From NCBI GenBank assembly GCA_964019335.1, contig OZ025734.1, positions 248,001-312,000 on the forward strand: a stretch of 64,000 nt of DNA, read 5' to 3'. Origin of the DNA: Diplonema japonicum (taxonomy: Eukaryota; Protista; Euglenozoa: Diplonemea). The notes beneath the pieces were generated by a model. That model did no database searches, was not told where the DNA came from, and saw nothing but the letters and a program-made list of their open reading frames with translations. This document shows positions 31,629-43,600 of the stretch, one piece after another. Positions within the stretch are counted from its first letter, which is position 1; each line of letters starts with the position of its first letter. The position numbers and the translations under genes are program-made.

Positions 31629-34600
31629 TCACCTCGGTGACTCTACTCTGGTTATATGAACATTCTCCAGCGTTTGAATAGAGGCCCTTCTGTCAGCCTG
31701 TCTGGCAATGTTTCCTAGTGAAGAAGAGTGGCGCCTAAGGGAGCCGAGCCCGCTCAGTGACGGGCCTGCCCGTCCAGCACCGCGCGACACGGTGGGGGAG
31801 TCGCCAAAAGGCAGCTGGTTTGTGGAAGCAGACGGATACAGTTTGCTGGCCATCCGCAACTGCGCCTGCGTGCCCATTCTGGGAAGCTCACCCTTCCCGT
31901 CCCCTTGTGATGGTTTCACCAAGACAGTCGCACGCCCTCCCGCACCTGCTCTATTGATGCCTAAGACAAGCGGTTCCCACTGCCCCTTCTGGTCCCTCTT
32001 CACATTTCGCAGCACATCGTTGAACTCAGACTTCGAAGAGATCGCTCTGTTGTTCACCGTCAACAACACATCACCTTTTATTTTTATTTACTTTTTTTTT
32101 TTTTTTTTTTTTTCATACCAACACGCAGCCCAGTCTCCAGTGCAGGTGCTGCGACACCAGCGACCTTCATTCCACTGACCTTGCCGGCCCCAAGTTGAGC
32201 CATGGGTTCCAAAGTGATACCCACGCCAGGTAGTTCGTAGTTCTGAGAGAATCCCTTAGAGTGAACGCCCTCTGTTGTTTCATGCTCGCTGTCGGAGGAC
32301 TCGTTCTGTAAAACAGGAGGTTTCAGTCTTGCAACGGACACCCTTCGCGTGTGCTCGTTCGGCTTCGTGCTTGGCGATCTGTTCATGAATGTGGTCGATG
32401 CCTCCAGGTTGATGCCTGTCGGGGATCTTGCAGGCGAGCGGCCTGGAGAGACAGGCTTGAGGTGTGGAGAGGCAGCCCTGACCTGTAAATGCCCGCCTCT
32501 CCCGCCAAGCAAGGATGCGCCCTTGTACGTGCCCATGTCTCTTTCGTCGCCGCGGCGTGCTTTCATCTGCTCGGACCTTCTGTTGATGTCTGTGACCGCG
32601 CCTAGACGCATTTTGAGCTGGTTCCCCCTCACCTTCATCTTCTGCTTACGCTGTCGCGGCTGGAACAGGTCGTAGATTGTCACGATCACCGGGTTCTGAA
32701 CGGTGGTGAATAACGGCCACTGGTGGTGGTTCTCGATCTCTTCCTGTTTTTATTTTTTTTATTTTTTTTTTTTTTTTAAACCCGTACCATGTCAGTAAAA
32801 TCGCCCTTTCTCTGCATCTGTAGCAGAACCTGTTCTACAGGTCCGCGGAACTTCAAGAAATGCCTCACAGCCGCACGGAATTCTGATATCTGTGTTGGAA
32901 AAAAAGAAATTATGGGGGAGGAAGAAAAAAAAGAAATTAGGTTTCAACACATACACTTCTAAACCCGTCGGAGTCGAAAAAGTGTACAGGCTTCTGGCCA
33001 GGACCGCTTTCTTTGAAGAAGATGTAGGAGGTTTCCACGGGGGCCGGCACGGCAACGGGTTTCACTTCCTCGTCACCTTCGTCACCGGCCTTCAACATGT
33101 CTTGGAAGTCCTCCAGCCCGCCCTTGGAGCTCCATCCCTGCGGCTTTTGCTGTGTGTTTTTTTTTTTTTTTTTTTTTCCCCGTTATTAAATTGTGCTTTT
33201 GATATTTTACCTTCAAGGCGGCGTAGCCCTCAGTGTCACCGTCGGGTGCGAAGCCCTCTACAGCTGGCACGATCCCAACCAGCCACCTGCAAAGGGTTGT
33301 GTTTTTTTATTTATTTTTTTGTTTTTTTCTGCATACGCATCTTCGTCTTCCTCCTTCTGCTGTGCCGTCGCGTCGTCCCATGCTTCGCATGTGAATTCCT
33401 CCTTCCGTTTCGCGTCACTGTTGTTGTTCTGGTAATATGTAAAGATTGCAACATACGCTTTGGGCTTGGGAGGTGGCCACGGCACCCCCAGCGGGTATCC
33501 CAAGGGTGGGTTCATCGGCCAATCCTCGCCCGGCTTTGGTATGATGTCCAACCATTCCTTCGGGGGGTCTTTCCCTCCTAGGGCCACCTTCAGCCACTCT
33601 GCGGGGGGCAGGTCGTTGTTCAAGGCGGACCGAAGCTGCGTCTGAGGGTCGAGGGCGTCGTTGTTGCCTGCGAAGGCGAGGTTGATCCACACAGCCTCCA
33701 GGTCTTCCTCTTCATTCTTGCCCACATCCTCGCCCGGAGCATGTACGGCAAGAGTAGGCCCGTGTCTTGCTCCTACGCTGGGTCCACGCTTCCTCCTTGC
33801 CGGCACAGCCAAGCCCTTCTTCATTGGGGGTGCGCTCGGCTCCGCCTTGTCCTGCAGCGCGACCTTCGGCACTGGCGGCGGCCACGGTGAGTCAACAGGG
33901 TACCCTGCAGGCCTCTGCTCCGGCCATTTTTCCCCGGGCTTCGTCGGCATCAGTTTCAGCCACGCGTCTTCAACTTCGCTCTTGTCGGTGGCAAGCTTCA
34001 GCCACTCCGCAGCGGGCAGATCGCCATGCATGGCAGCTTGCGCCATTTCTGGTGCAGGTGCGTCCAACGCCAGCTTCAGCCACTCAACAGGCACTTCCTG
34101 GTCTACGTCGCCCTCCTTCGCCGACACCGTCACAGTCGCTTTCGGTTGCTGTTTCTTCGCTACACTCGGCCCTCTCGTACGCTTCTTAGGCGGTGCCAGC
34201 TGTGTCTTGGGCGCAGGCTTGATGTACGGTGGTGGCGGCCACGGCAGCTCAGCCGGGTAGCCTAGCGGTTTGTTCGGCGGGAATGTGCCGTCAGGCCTTT
34301 GACACTTCAGCCAGTCGGCAGGCGGATCGGCACCATTCAGTGCAATCTTCAGCCATTCCTGAGGAAGCAACTCGCAGTTCTTCGCCTTGCGCAGTGTTTC
34401 GTCATCAACCCCTTTGCTCACCAGCAACCGGAGCCATTCCACAGCCAGATCGTCGTCCTTTGCCTTTACCTCCTGCTTCGGGGGAGGCCATGGGAGGTTC
34501 GACGGGTAGTCTGCAGGTCTTGGGCGCCACGAGCCATCGGTACGCTGCAGTTGCAGCCATTCAGGAGGCGGCGCCTTGCCGTCCAATCCTATCTTGAGCC

Positions 34601-37600
34601 ACTCTGCTGGGGCAAGTTCGCCTTTCCTCGCCTTGTCCATCTGCTCATCTGCGATACCCTTTTTGCACGCGACGGCAAGCCATTCCACGGCCAAGTCTTC
34701 GTCGGGGTTCTTCGGCTTTGGTGGCGGCCAGGGAGCAGTGGCGGGGTACCCTGCAGGGCGCTGCTCTGGGTAGTTGCCGTCGGGGTTGAGAGTGAGCCAC
34801 TCGAAGGGGAGATGGTGGTCGGGATTGTCGAGGGCTAGCTTTAGCCAGTCACGCGGGCCGAATTCACCTGTAAGCATCCTGCGCAAGCCGTCAGAAGAGA
34901 GTTTGCCTTCCTTTTCGCGGTCGTAGGCGAGTTTGATCCACTCAACGGGTATGTCATTGAAGTTCGACTGTACCCCAACGCTCTTGGGTGGCGGCCATAG
35001 TGCGTCGGCAGGGTATCCCGCGGGCCGTTGTGAGGGGAAGTTTCCATCAGGGCCCAGCTTCAGCCACTCCGGGTCGGGGTCCCTTCCGAGAGCGATCTTG
35101 AGCCACTCGGCAGGTGACAGCTCGCTGTCGAGGCCCCTGCGCAGGTCCTCGTCTGTCATGCCCAACTCCTTTTGCTTGTCGAACATTATCTGCACCCACT
35201 CCACAGGGATCTCATCGTCAATAACACGCGGCGAGTAGTTGTTCGGCATTGGCGGCGGCCACGGCGCTGTCTCTGGGTACCCTGCTGGCCTTTGTTCGGG
35301 GAACTCTCCGTTCTTGTCGAGCGCCAACCAATGCGGCTGCGGATCATCTCCCGTCGCGAGCTTCAGCCATTCTTCAGGAGGCAGCTCACCCTTCAGCACT
35401 TTCATTTTTTGCACGTTTGGAACATCTGGGCGGAAGGCCACCTTCAGCCACTCCACAGGAAGATCGTCTTTCTTCCGTGCAGGTGTTGGCACCCCCTTTG
35501 GAGGGGGCCACGGTAGGTTGATGGGATACCCCTTAGGTCTATTATAGAAAGTACCGTCAGGCTTTGTTCTAAGCCATTCTACGGGTGGGTCTTTGTCGAG
35601 GGCGATCTTGAGCCACTCGGCTGATGTGAGCTCGTCGCGGTTGGCCTTCTGCATGGTGGGCGCGTTGATCTTACGCTCGAAGTACCTCTCGAATGCGATG
35701 TTGAGCCACTCAACAGGAACTGTGGACTTCTTTTCTTTTGCGACCCTAGCCTTCATGGATTTTGCCCTAGTGAGCGGGACTGGCGCCGGTGGCGGCCAAG
35801 GAAGATTCTGGGGGTAGTTCCTGGGACGCAGCTTCTGGTAGTTCCCATCCGAGTCAAGCTTCAGCCATTCCGGGTCCAGCTCTCTACCGTCCAAGCCGAT
35901 CTGAAGCCATTCCGCCGGCTCCAACTCACCGTGCATTGCCTTCTTCTGAATACCCAGTGGCAACGGCTTGGGAGGGTCCATTGCAATCTTCAGCCAATCG
36001 ACAGGAATGTCATCATCAGGGTCATGAGCAGTGGCTTTTGGCTTCGGGGGTGGCCAAGGAACGTTGGCAGGGTAGTTCGAAGGCCGCTCTGCAGGGAATT
36101 CACCATTTAGGTCCAGCTTCAGCCACTCGGGGTCCAGATCGTCACCGAATTGGAGCTTCAGCCACTCTGCAGGCTCGAGCTCTCCTTTAACTGCAAGCTT
36201 CAGCTTCTCTGTCGGCGCGTTTTCGTTTTCGAATGCGAGGCGTAGCCAGTCGGCTTCAAGATCGTCTTCCGCTTGCGGGCGCTTTTTGGTCTTAGCGTTT
36301 GCCTTCGGTTTCGGTGGTGGCCACGGCATGGTGGGTGGGTACAATGCAGGGCGCTCGGCCGGCCAATCTTCGTCGGGCTGTGGGATGATCTTGAGCAGCT
36401 CTGCAGGCGGGTCGCCGTTCATGGCGATACGCAGCCACTCTGCAGGGTCGAGATTCCCGTCCATTGCTGCCTGAAGCATTTCGGGCTCCAGATCCTCATC
36501 CTGGAAAGCTAACCTTAGCCACTCCACAGGCACTGCCTCTTCATCTGGTTTGTACCCCTTCGGTTTGGGCGGTGGCCACGGCGCGTCTTTTGGATACCCC
36601 TTGGGTGCTTCCTTTGGCCAGTCCCCGCCTGGTGGTGGCACTATCGACAACCATTCAGCGGGTGGTGTTCCATTCTTTGCTGCGATCTTCAGCCATTCAG
36701 CGGGTGTCATGTCCCCAAGCGCGATCTTTTTGATGTCATCGGGAGACGCGTTGTTCTTGAAGGCGACGTTCAGCCACTCGACAGGAAGGTCTACATGCGG
36801 TACTTTGTCGGGTGCGGGGGGCGGCCATTGCAGGTGCGCAGGCCAGTTCTCAGGGGGTGTCGGACCCCACGTCTTGCCATCTTTTGGTATGATGTTGAGC
36901 CATTCCTCAGGGATGTCGTCGCCACCTGCAGCGATTCTCAGCCACTCTGCCGGCGGCATCGCTTCGCCCATTTTCAGATTTTTAAGCTGATCGCGGAACT
37001 TTTCGTCATTCGCCATAAGCTTCAACCACTCTGCGGGTAGGTCTTCATTGGGGCCTTTCTTCGTCTGCGGAGGTGGCCACGGCATGTCCTTCGGCCAATT
37101 AATTGGTGGCTGCTCGGGCCACAACCCCCCCGGGGGAGGGGCTATGTTGAGCCACTCAGCTGGAGGTGTTTTGTTTTTATTTGCAATCTTCAGCCATTCA
37201 ACAGGTGTCATGTTCCCAAGCGCGATCTTTTTGATGTCCTCGGGAGGCGCGTTGTTCTTGAAGGCGACGTTCAGCCACTCGACAGGAAGGTCTTTCGGTA
37301 CCTTGTCAGGTGCAGGGGGCGGCCACTGCAAGTGCGCAGGCCAGTTCGGAGGTGCTGTTGGGCCCCAAGTGCCCCCATCTTTCGGTAAAATATTGAGCCA
37401 CTCTGCAGGGATATCACCACCGCCTGCTGCAATCTTCAACCACTCAGCGGGTGGCAGTCCATCAAGCTTCATGTTCTTCATTGCGTCAGCGAACTTCTTG
37501 TCCTTGACCATAATCTTGAGCCACTCGGCGGGGAGGTCTTCCTTGGGACCTTTCTTAGGTGCAGGTGGTGGCCACGGAGCGTTCTTCGGCCAGTTGATCG

Positions 37601-40600
37601 GCGGCTCTTCAGGCCACAAGCCCCCTGGAGGTGGCACGATGCCTAACCATTCCGCAGGAATCTCGTCCTTGTCAAGGGCAATTTTAAGCCATTCTGCAGC
37701 CGGGAGCTGGTTCTTGATTGCGAGTTTGATGTAATCCGGGTTGAGGTCGTCGCCTGCGAGAAGAAGTTTCAGCCATTCCGCGTCGAGGTCGGGTTCCTTC
37801 GTGTGCCCGATCCTTGGAGGGGGCCATGGAAGTTTCTTGGGCCAGCCGATGGGAGGTTCTTCAGGCCAGAGCTCGTTGTCGGGGGGAACGACATTGAGCC
37901 ACTCTGCAGGGAGGTCGCCTTCGCCGTGTGCGATCTTGAGCCATTCAGCAGGAGGGAGCTGGCCGTTCAGTGCAAGTCGAACCCAGTCAGCGGGTTTCCC
38001 GTTGGGGAAGCCGAGGTTGAGCCATTCAGCAGGCCATTGCTCGGGGTCGAGCATGTCAGGAAGGGGCCCGAAGTTGGGCATTGCCATCGTTTCGTAGTCG
38101 GGCGGTGAGAGCAACATGTCGTTTACGTCGTCGCCGTTGGGCATATAAATTTGTGTTCCCTTCTCTTCGCCCCACATGTGCGTGCCGAGCCCGCGGCCGC
38201 CATCTTCAGTTTGCATGATCATGTCGAAGTGGATCCTTCCCTTCTTGGCCTCCTGCTCCTCGTTCTTCGATCTCGACGCGATGTACGTTGTCTGTGTGGC
38301 GTTCTTCCTGGCAAAGTACTTCCCTACGTTCCAGATCAGCCACAATATAAGGTCGATGAGCGCTCTGATCAGCAGCAGAATCAAGCAGAAGAAATACTGG
38401 AACAGTACAATGATCATAGCAAGACTCCTCCTGCAGAAGATGTAGTACGCGAAGGCGAACAAGTACTGTTCTCTGCGGTCCTTCAGAAGCATCAGCAAGC
38501 TCTTCTCACGCTGGTGGTCGATCTTGGGGGAGTTGAAACAATCCCTGCCGAGGAGGTAAGGCCCGAAGCATGCCCAGAACGAGAACTTCATGCCGAGGAC
38601 AAGGTGTACGAACCAGTACACCATGAAGATGGTGGGGAAGAAGGTGGCGGAGTTACCGAGCATCTCAACAACTCTGATGAACATGACAAGGTACACCACA
38701 ACCCTGGTCAGGATCACAACCGGGACAACGTCAGTGAGGCAGAGGATGTAGTCCCATGTGAAGAGGAATAGTAAGAAGAGAACCTCCCACATGATGTCCT
38801 GCCACAAGGAGAAGAACACAAACAACCAGATGGCCATGTTCAAGATGGAGAAACAGAACCTTCCCATACTGCTGGTGCCCCTGTACTCAAGAATGATCGA
38901 CACCTTGTAGTGATGCAGCAGGGACTCTGTCTTGTCTCTTTCCAAGTTGTGCGTTGAATCGTAGAACTCCACTTCACGGACAGCACGCGAGCGGCGCAGC
39001 GCATAGGCGAACTGAATGTACGCCTCAGCTTGCGCGTCACGTGAGTTGTATTGGGTGTTCCGCCTCCCTCTGAAATCTCCGTCCTGCTTCGCAATCTGGT
39101 CAAGCTTCTCGCTGGGCAGATAGTCCATCGCATGCTTCAGCCCGTAGCTTTCCAGCTGCGCAGACTTCCCTTCCACCATGAAGTAGATCAACACAAACTC
39201 TTCATACGTCGCCTGGTTAATGCTCAACGCGTTCATGTACTCCTCAATCTCAGAGATGTCCACACGAATACCCCTCGACAAAAGCCCCATGAATATCAAG
39301 TCTGGGCCGATTAGGCCCCTCATGCCGCCTCTGATATCCAGCTTTCTGAACACCTCTTTTAGGGTCTGCATAAGGTGCGACGACACGCCCCTGTTCAGGA
39401 AGTGGTCTTCATTGAGCTCGCTGTCGCTTAGAAGGTCGTCTTCCTGCTTCTTCATTCTTGCCGTGGGCACGCTGCGAGATGTTTGCTTGTCTTCGATGTT
39501 GTGCAGTTCGGCGAAGTTGGCGCCAGCACGGGCGGTTTTGGGGGCGCTGCCACCGGGGCTGCCCTCGACGTGCTCGTACTCGACGAAGGTCGGCTCCGTT
39601 GATGGCTTCCAAAGACCTTCCTGGCGTTCGACTGTCACCTTCTGAGGTGCCAGAGGGGCATCGGTCTCATTTACCTTGGGGAACACGACGTTGTAGTCCT
39701 CTTGGTCACTGTCGTACTCGTCGTCATCGTCACCGGGAAGCGTGATGCGGTTCGACTGCAACGGGACATGCGGCTCTGTGTCGCTGTCGGTGATCTTCGT
39801 GCTCTCCACGCTAGAGGAATCGTCCGTAAGAGCCTGCCGCCCCGTCACAGCACCCGACGTTGTCGTCGGCTTGCTGGAGTGCGGGTGGCCTATCTTGGGC
39901 GACCCTGCCGTGTTCGGCCCCTGAATATCCCTGTTCTTCTTCACCATAGCGTTGAACAGTTCTGCCATCCTCTTCTTCTCCACACCCTTGCCGCCCGGGG
40001 AGTTCTCCTTCCCTCCAGGCGACATCGGAAGGATCGGGTCCTTCTTGCTCTTGATCTGCTGGATCGCGTCGCCCCACACCCATGAAAAGAAGCGGAGCAG
40101 ATCCTTCGTGATGCCCGCTACAGAAAGCGAAGGGTTGAACATGCAAGGGGTCACCATCCACCCGATAGCTACACCCCAGTGGAAGAAAGTGCGGAGGAAA
40201 GACTGCCCCGAAGGGCGAGGGTGAAGGTCCATGTAGAGGACGATGATGGCGAGTAAGAGACTTCCGTACATAAAGTGCGTGTGCGAGTAGAGCCTCCACA
40301 TGTGGCGGAAAGACCTACGGAACAGAGGGTCCATTCTACCGGTGGCAACATAGAGCCCAGCACCATTGAAGACGGAGCTCCAGAAGTAGTGGTACTTAGT
40401 GAGGGTGACGAACAGGAAGAAGGATGTGACACCAGTGAAGTCAATGAGCCACTGGAACAGACCCCATACACCGTAGTCGAGGATGAGCTGTACACCAAGA
40501 GGAGCGCCTTCGAGAAGCGTCATCTGGACCATCCACTCGCTTCCGTAAGGCGAGCCATCGCGCTGGAGTTCGTAGTCGGTCTTCCCCGCCAGAGTCAGCG

Positions 40601-43600
40601 CGATCTGCAAGATGATGGTCGAGAAGATCTGAATAAAGATCAATCCCAAGTAAACGTAGACCCCGATAGAGCCGAAGAAGATGGAATGGCGCTCGAACAC
40701 GTTGGAGTACCTGGTCAGCTCGAAGAAGTCCCTCGATCGGTACTGCATCGCAGCGCCCATCCCGAGCTTTGCCTCGAAGCCCATGGCACCGTCGAAGTTG
40801 GTCTCTCTACCCTTTCCTGACTTCACGTCCTCAAGGTGGATGGTGCTTTCGCCAGACGCCTTGATATGGTACCCGGCAAAGATATCTTCGTTCAAGTTCA
40901 CACGCGGGTTGGGTTTTGACAGCCCGCTCTGCGTCACTACCCATGAGCTGTCGAAGTAGTCGGGATGCCCGTAGTGCATGCGCACACCTAGAACAGACAG
41001 CACACGCTGGAAGAGGGTGTTAAAGATATACTCAGCGTATCCCGCGTACCTCCCCACTGTTCCTGATTTCATTGTGATCACGTACTCAGGATGTCCCACC
41101 ACCTTGTACGGGCACCATTTCCTGTTCTCCTTCGGGAAGAACTTCCCGAGCAACGTTCTCAGCTTCAAGGACTCTTCGAAGTAGCCGTCTTGGTTGCAGT
41201 CGACTGTTTGGATGACCTGTCCTTTGCAGAACGGAAGGCAGTGTGCTTGGTTAACGGACTTGCCCTGCATAGGTCCTGGGAGGGACCATTTCACCTTGTC
41301 CTGTTTCGACATGCGGAGGGGGAGGCGCCTGCCTATAACTTGGTTGACAAACCAGTCCTCTGTAGCGACGTCCCAGAGGGCAAGGCATGAAGCGTATTCC
41401 ATACAGTCCCAAAGGTCTTGCATGACGAAGGTGGTTTTTTGGTAGACCTCGGGGCTCATGCGGTAGTCGCCGGTTTCCACGTCGAAGACGACTTGCATTT
41501 TGGGGAATCGGCGCCAAGTGGTGCTGAGGGCACGCTTGTTGGCGTCGTACCACTTGTTGTTCGCCATGCGCTGCAGGGCGATGATGACCTGCAATTTGTC
41601 TGACGACATCATTTCAACGTATGTTGCAGTGATGATGGAGCTCTGCGTGTACTCAGCCTCGAGCTCCAACAAGAAGCGAACGGCCTCCCTGTTGCGCTCG
41701 ATACCACGCACTGTCCTTGCGACCGTTTGCATCCTCATGGACGCCCACCACCAAATCGCATCGAACTCCTCTTCCGAGAACAGCTTTGGCCTTGTGTGAA
41801 ACAGCTCGCAGACCCGCATTCCGCATATCTCACGCAGCCTGTTGTCCGGTTTCAGCGCCCTCTTTTTAATGTAGTCGAACTCTTCTACCAGTGTTTGTTT
41901 GTCTTGCAGGTATGCCACAACCTGCTCTTCCAGCAGCGCTTCACGGAACAGCTGGTAGTCGGTCACGCATCGCTCCACAAAGTTCAACCATTCGTCGTGG
42001 TAGTGTTCCACTAGGAAGTGCAGCTGGCTCTGTTGCTGGTGGTCTCCGCGTGCTTTCAATCGCAGCAAACGCCTGTCGGCGAGGATCCCTTCCCCGTACA
42101 CCGGGACGATGACAGACGCTGACGGGTAACACTGAACAGGACCGAGCGACTCTTCGAAATGCGTGCTCGACTGCAGATACTCTAAAAACCCAGATAACCT
42201 CTCCTTGGCGAATGAATTGTCTATCTTAAACGTGATATCTGCAACATGGGGGTGGATCAGAAGCGTCTCGTACTCGTACGACGTCAGGATGTCCTCCTCG
42301 TGCATAACTTGTATCACTTTGTTCCAAACCTTGCGTGCCAGGTTGTTGTCCCTGGGGTCGGTGAACGAAAGAAGCTTGACGTTGATCGCAGAGAGGATGA
42401 ACTTCGTCTCCATTTTATGCCCGTGGATCTGACGGGACTTCCTTGACTTCCATTGGATCAGCAAATGCTTGATACCGCCGAGTAGGATAACACCTATGAG
42501 GAAACCACCTTGCACGGAGATCGCGAACATCCCACCTGTAGAGAACCAGATCATGAAGACGGCCACGAAGCAACGGGGTTGTTCCTCGCCGCACTTCCCG
42601 ATCTTTGAGGAGAGCTCGTAGAAGAAGTCGGACGCACCTTCGTCTTCAATCCCTGTCTTCAGCCCGTCGCAGTCGCAGAAGGAGAAGCCTGTCCCTTCAG
42701 TCCTATACATGATCCAAGCTTGAAATACAGCTGCTACACAGTAAATCAACGTCCAGAAGATGATGGAAATGCCAAGCGCCCATGTATTGACGGTACTGGT
42801 GGAAGCAGGAGCACCGTGCAGCTTGTGGGGGAATACCGTGATGTAGATATTGAAGGCGAACAAGCTGCTCAGGCGTATCACCAGGTACATGAAAATCCTG
42901 CGGTTAGAACCCGCGTCCTCATAGCCTACAATGTCGCCCAGCACAAAGATAACAAGGAAGGTGATCATCGTTACGTAGCCACTGAAGCGGAGCTTGAAAA
43001 ACGACCAAAACCTGACCCTTCTGCATGTGGTGTCTGTCCAAAAGGTCTGACAGGTCACCTCCCGGGTGTCGGCCTGCTGTTTAGCCTTCACCTTGCTGCA
43101 GCAACACCTGCACTTGCAGAACATAAACCCGATCGCGCCGAACAACCTGGTGCATATCACAGAGATGAACGGGAACTGCGTTAAGCCAGAGGAAAGCCAT
43201 GCGTCGAGAAGTTCATGCGTCACCACCAACCAGAAGTCCATTTTAACCATCACCAGTAAGATGAAGTGCATCTGGCTTGAACTCCTCCACACATCATACG
43301 ATCTCTCCATAACAGCTTGCAGGTCACGGTTTTTGTCGGTCGAGAAGAAGACGACCAATGCCCAGAAGACGAACAGCATCGCAGTGGTGTGGATGACGAA
43401 GAACGCGTCGTGCAGCATCAGGAAGATGACACCCCATTTCCGAGGCTCTCGGAAGGTTTTTCTAAACGGGAAGCGCTTCGTTTCGCTGGTGTCGGGGTTT
43501 CCGTCGGGAAGCAGCAGCTTGGGCATCTGTCGCTGCCCCCGCTCCTCCAACGCAATGGAGCAAACCTCAGGACATTTCCTTGAGCAAATGTGTGGGATAT

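Noticed and set aside
33258-33336. ORF-track C-terminus of the glucan synthase
   Set aside because: Reads into a GT-AG intron; splicing continues the frame
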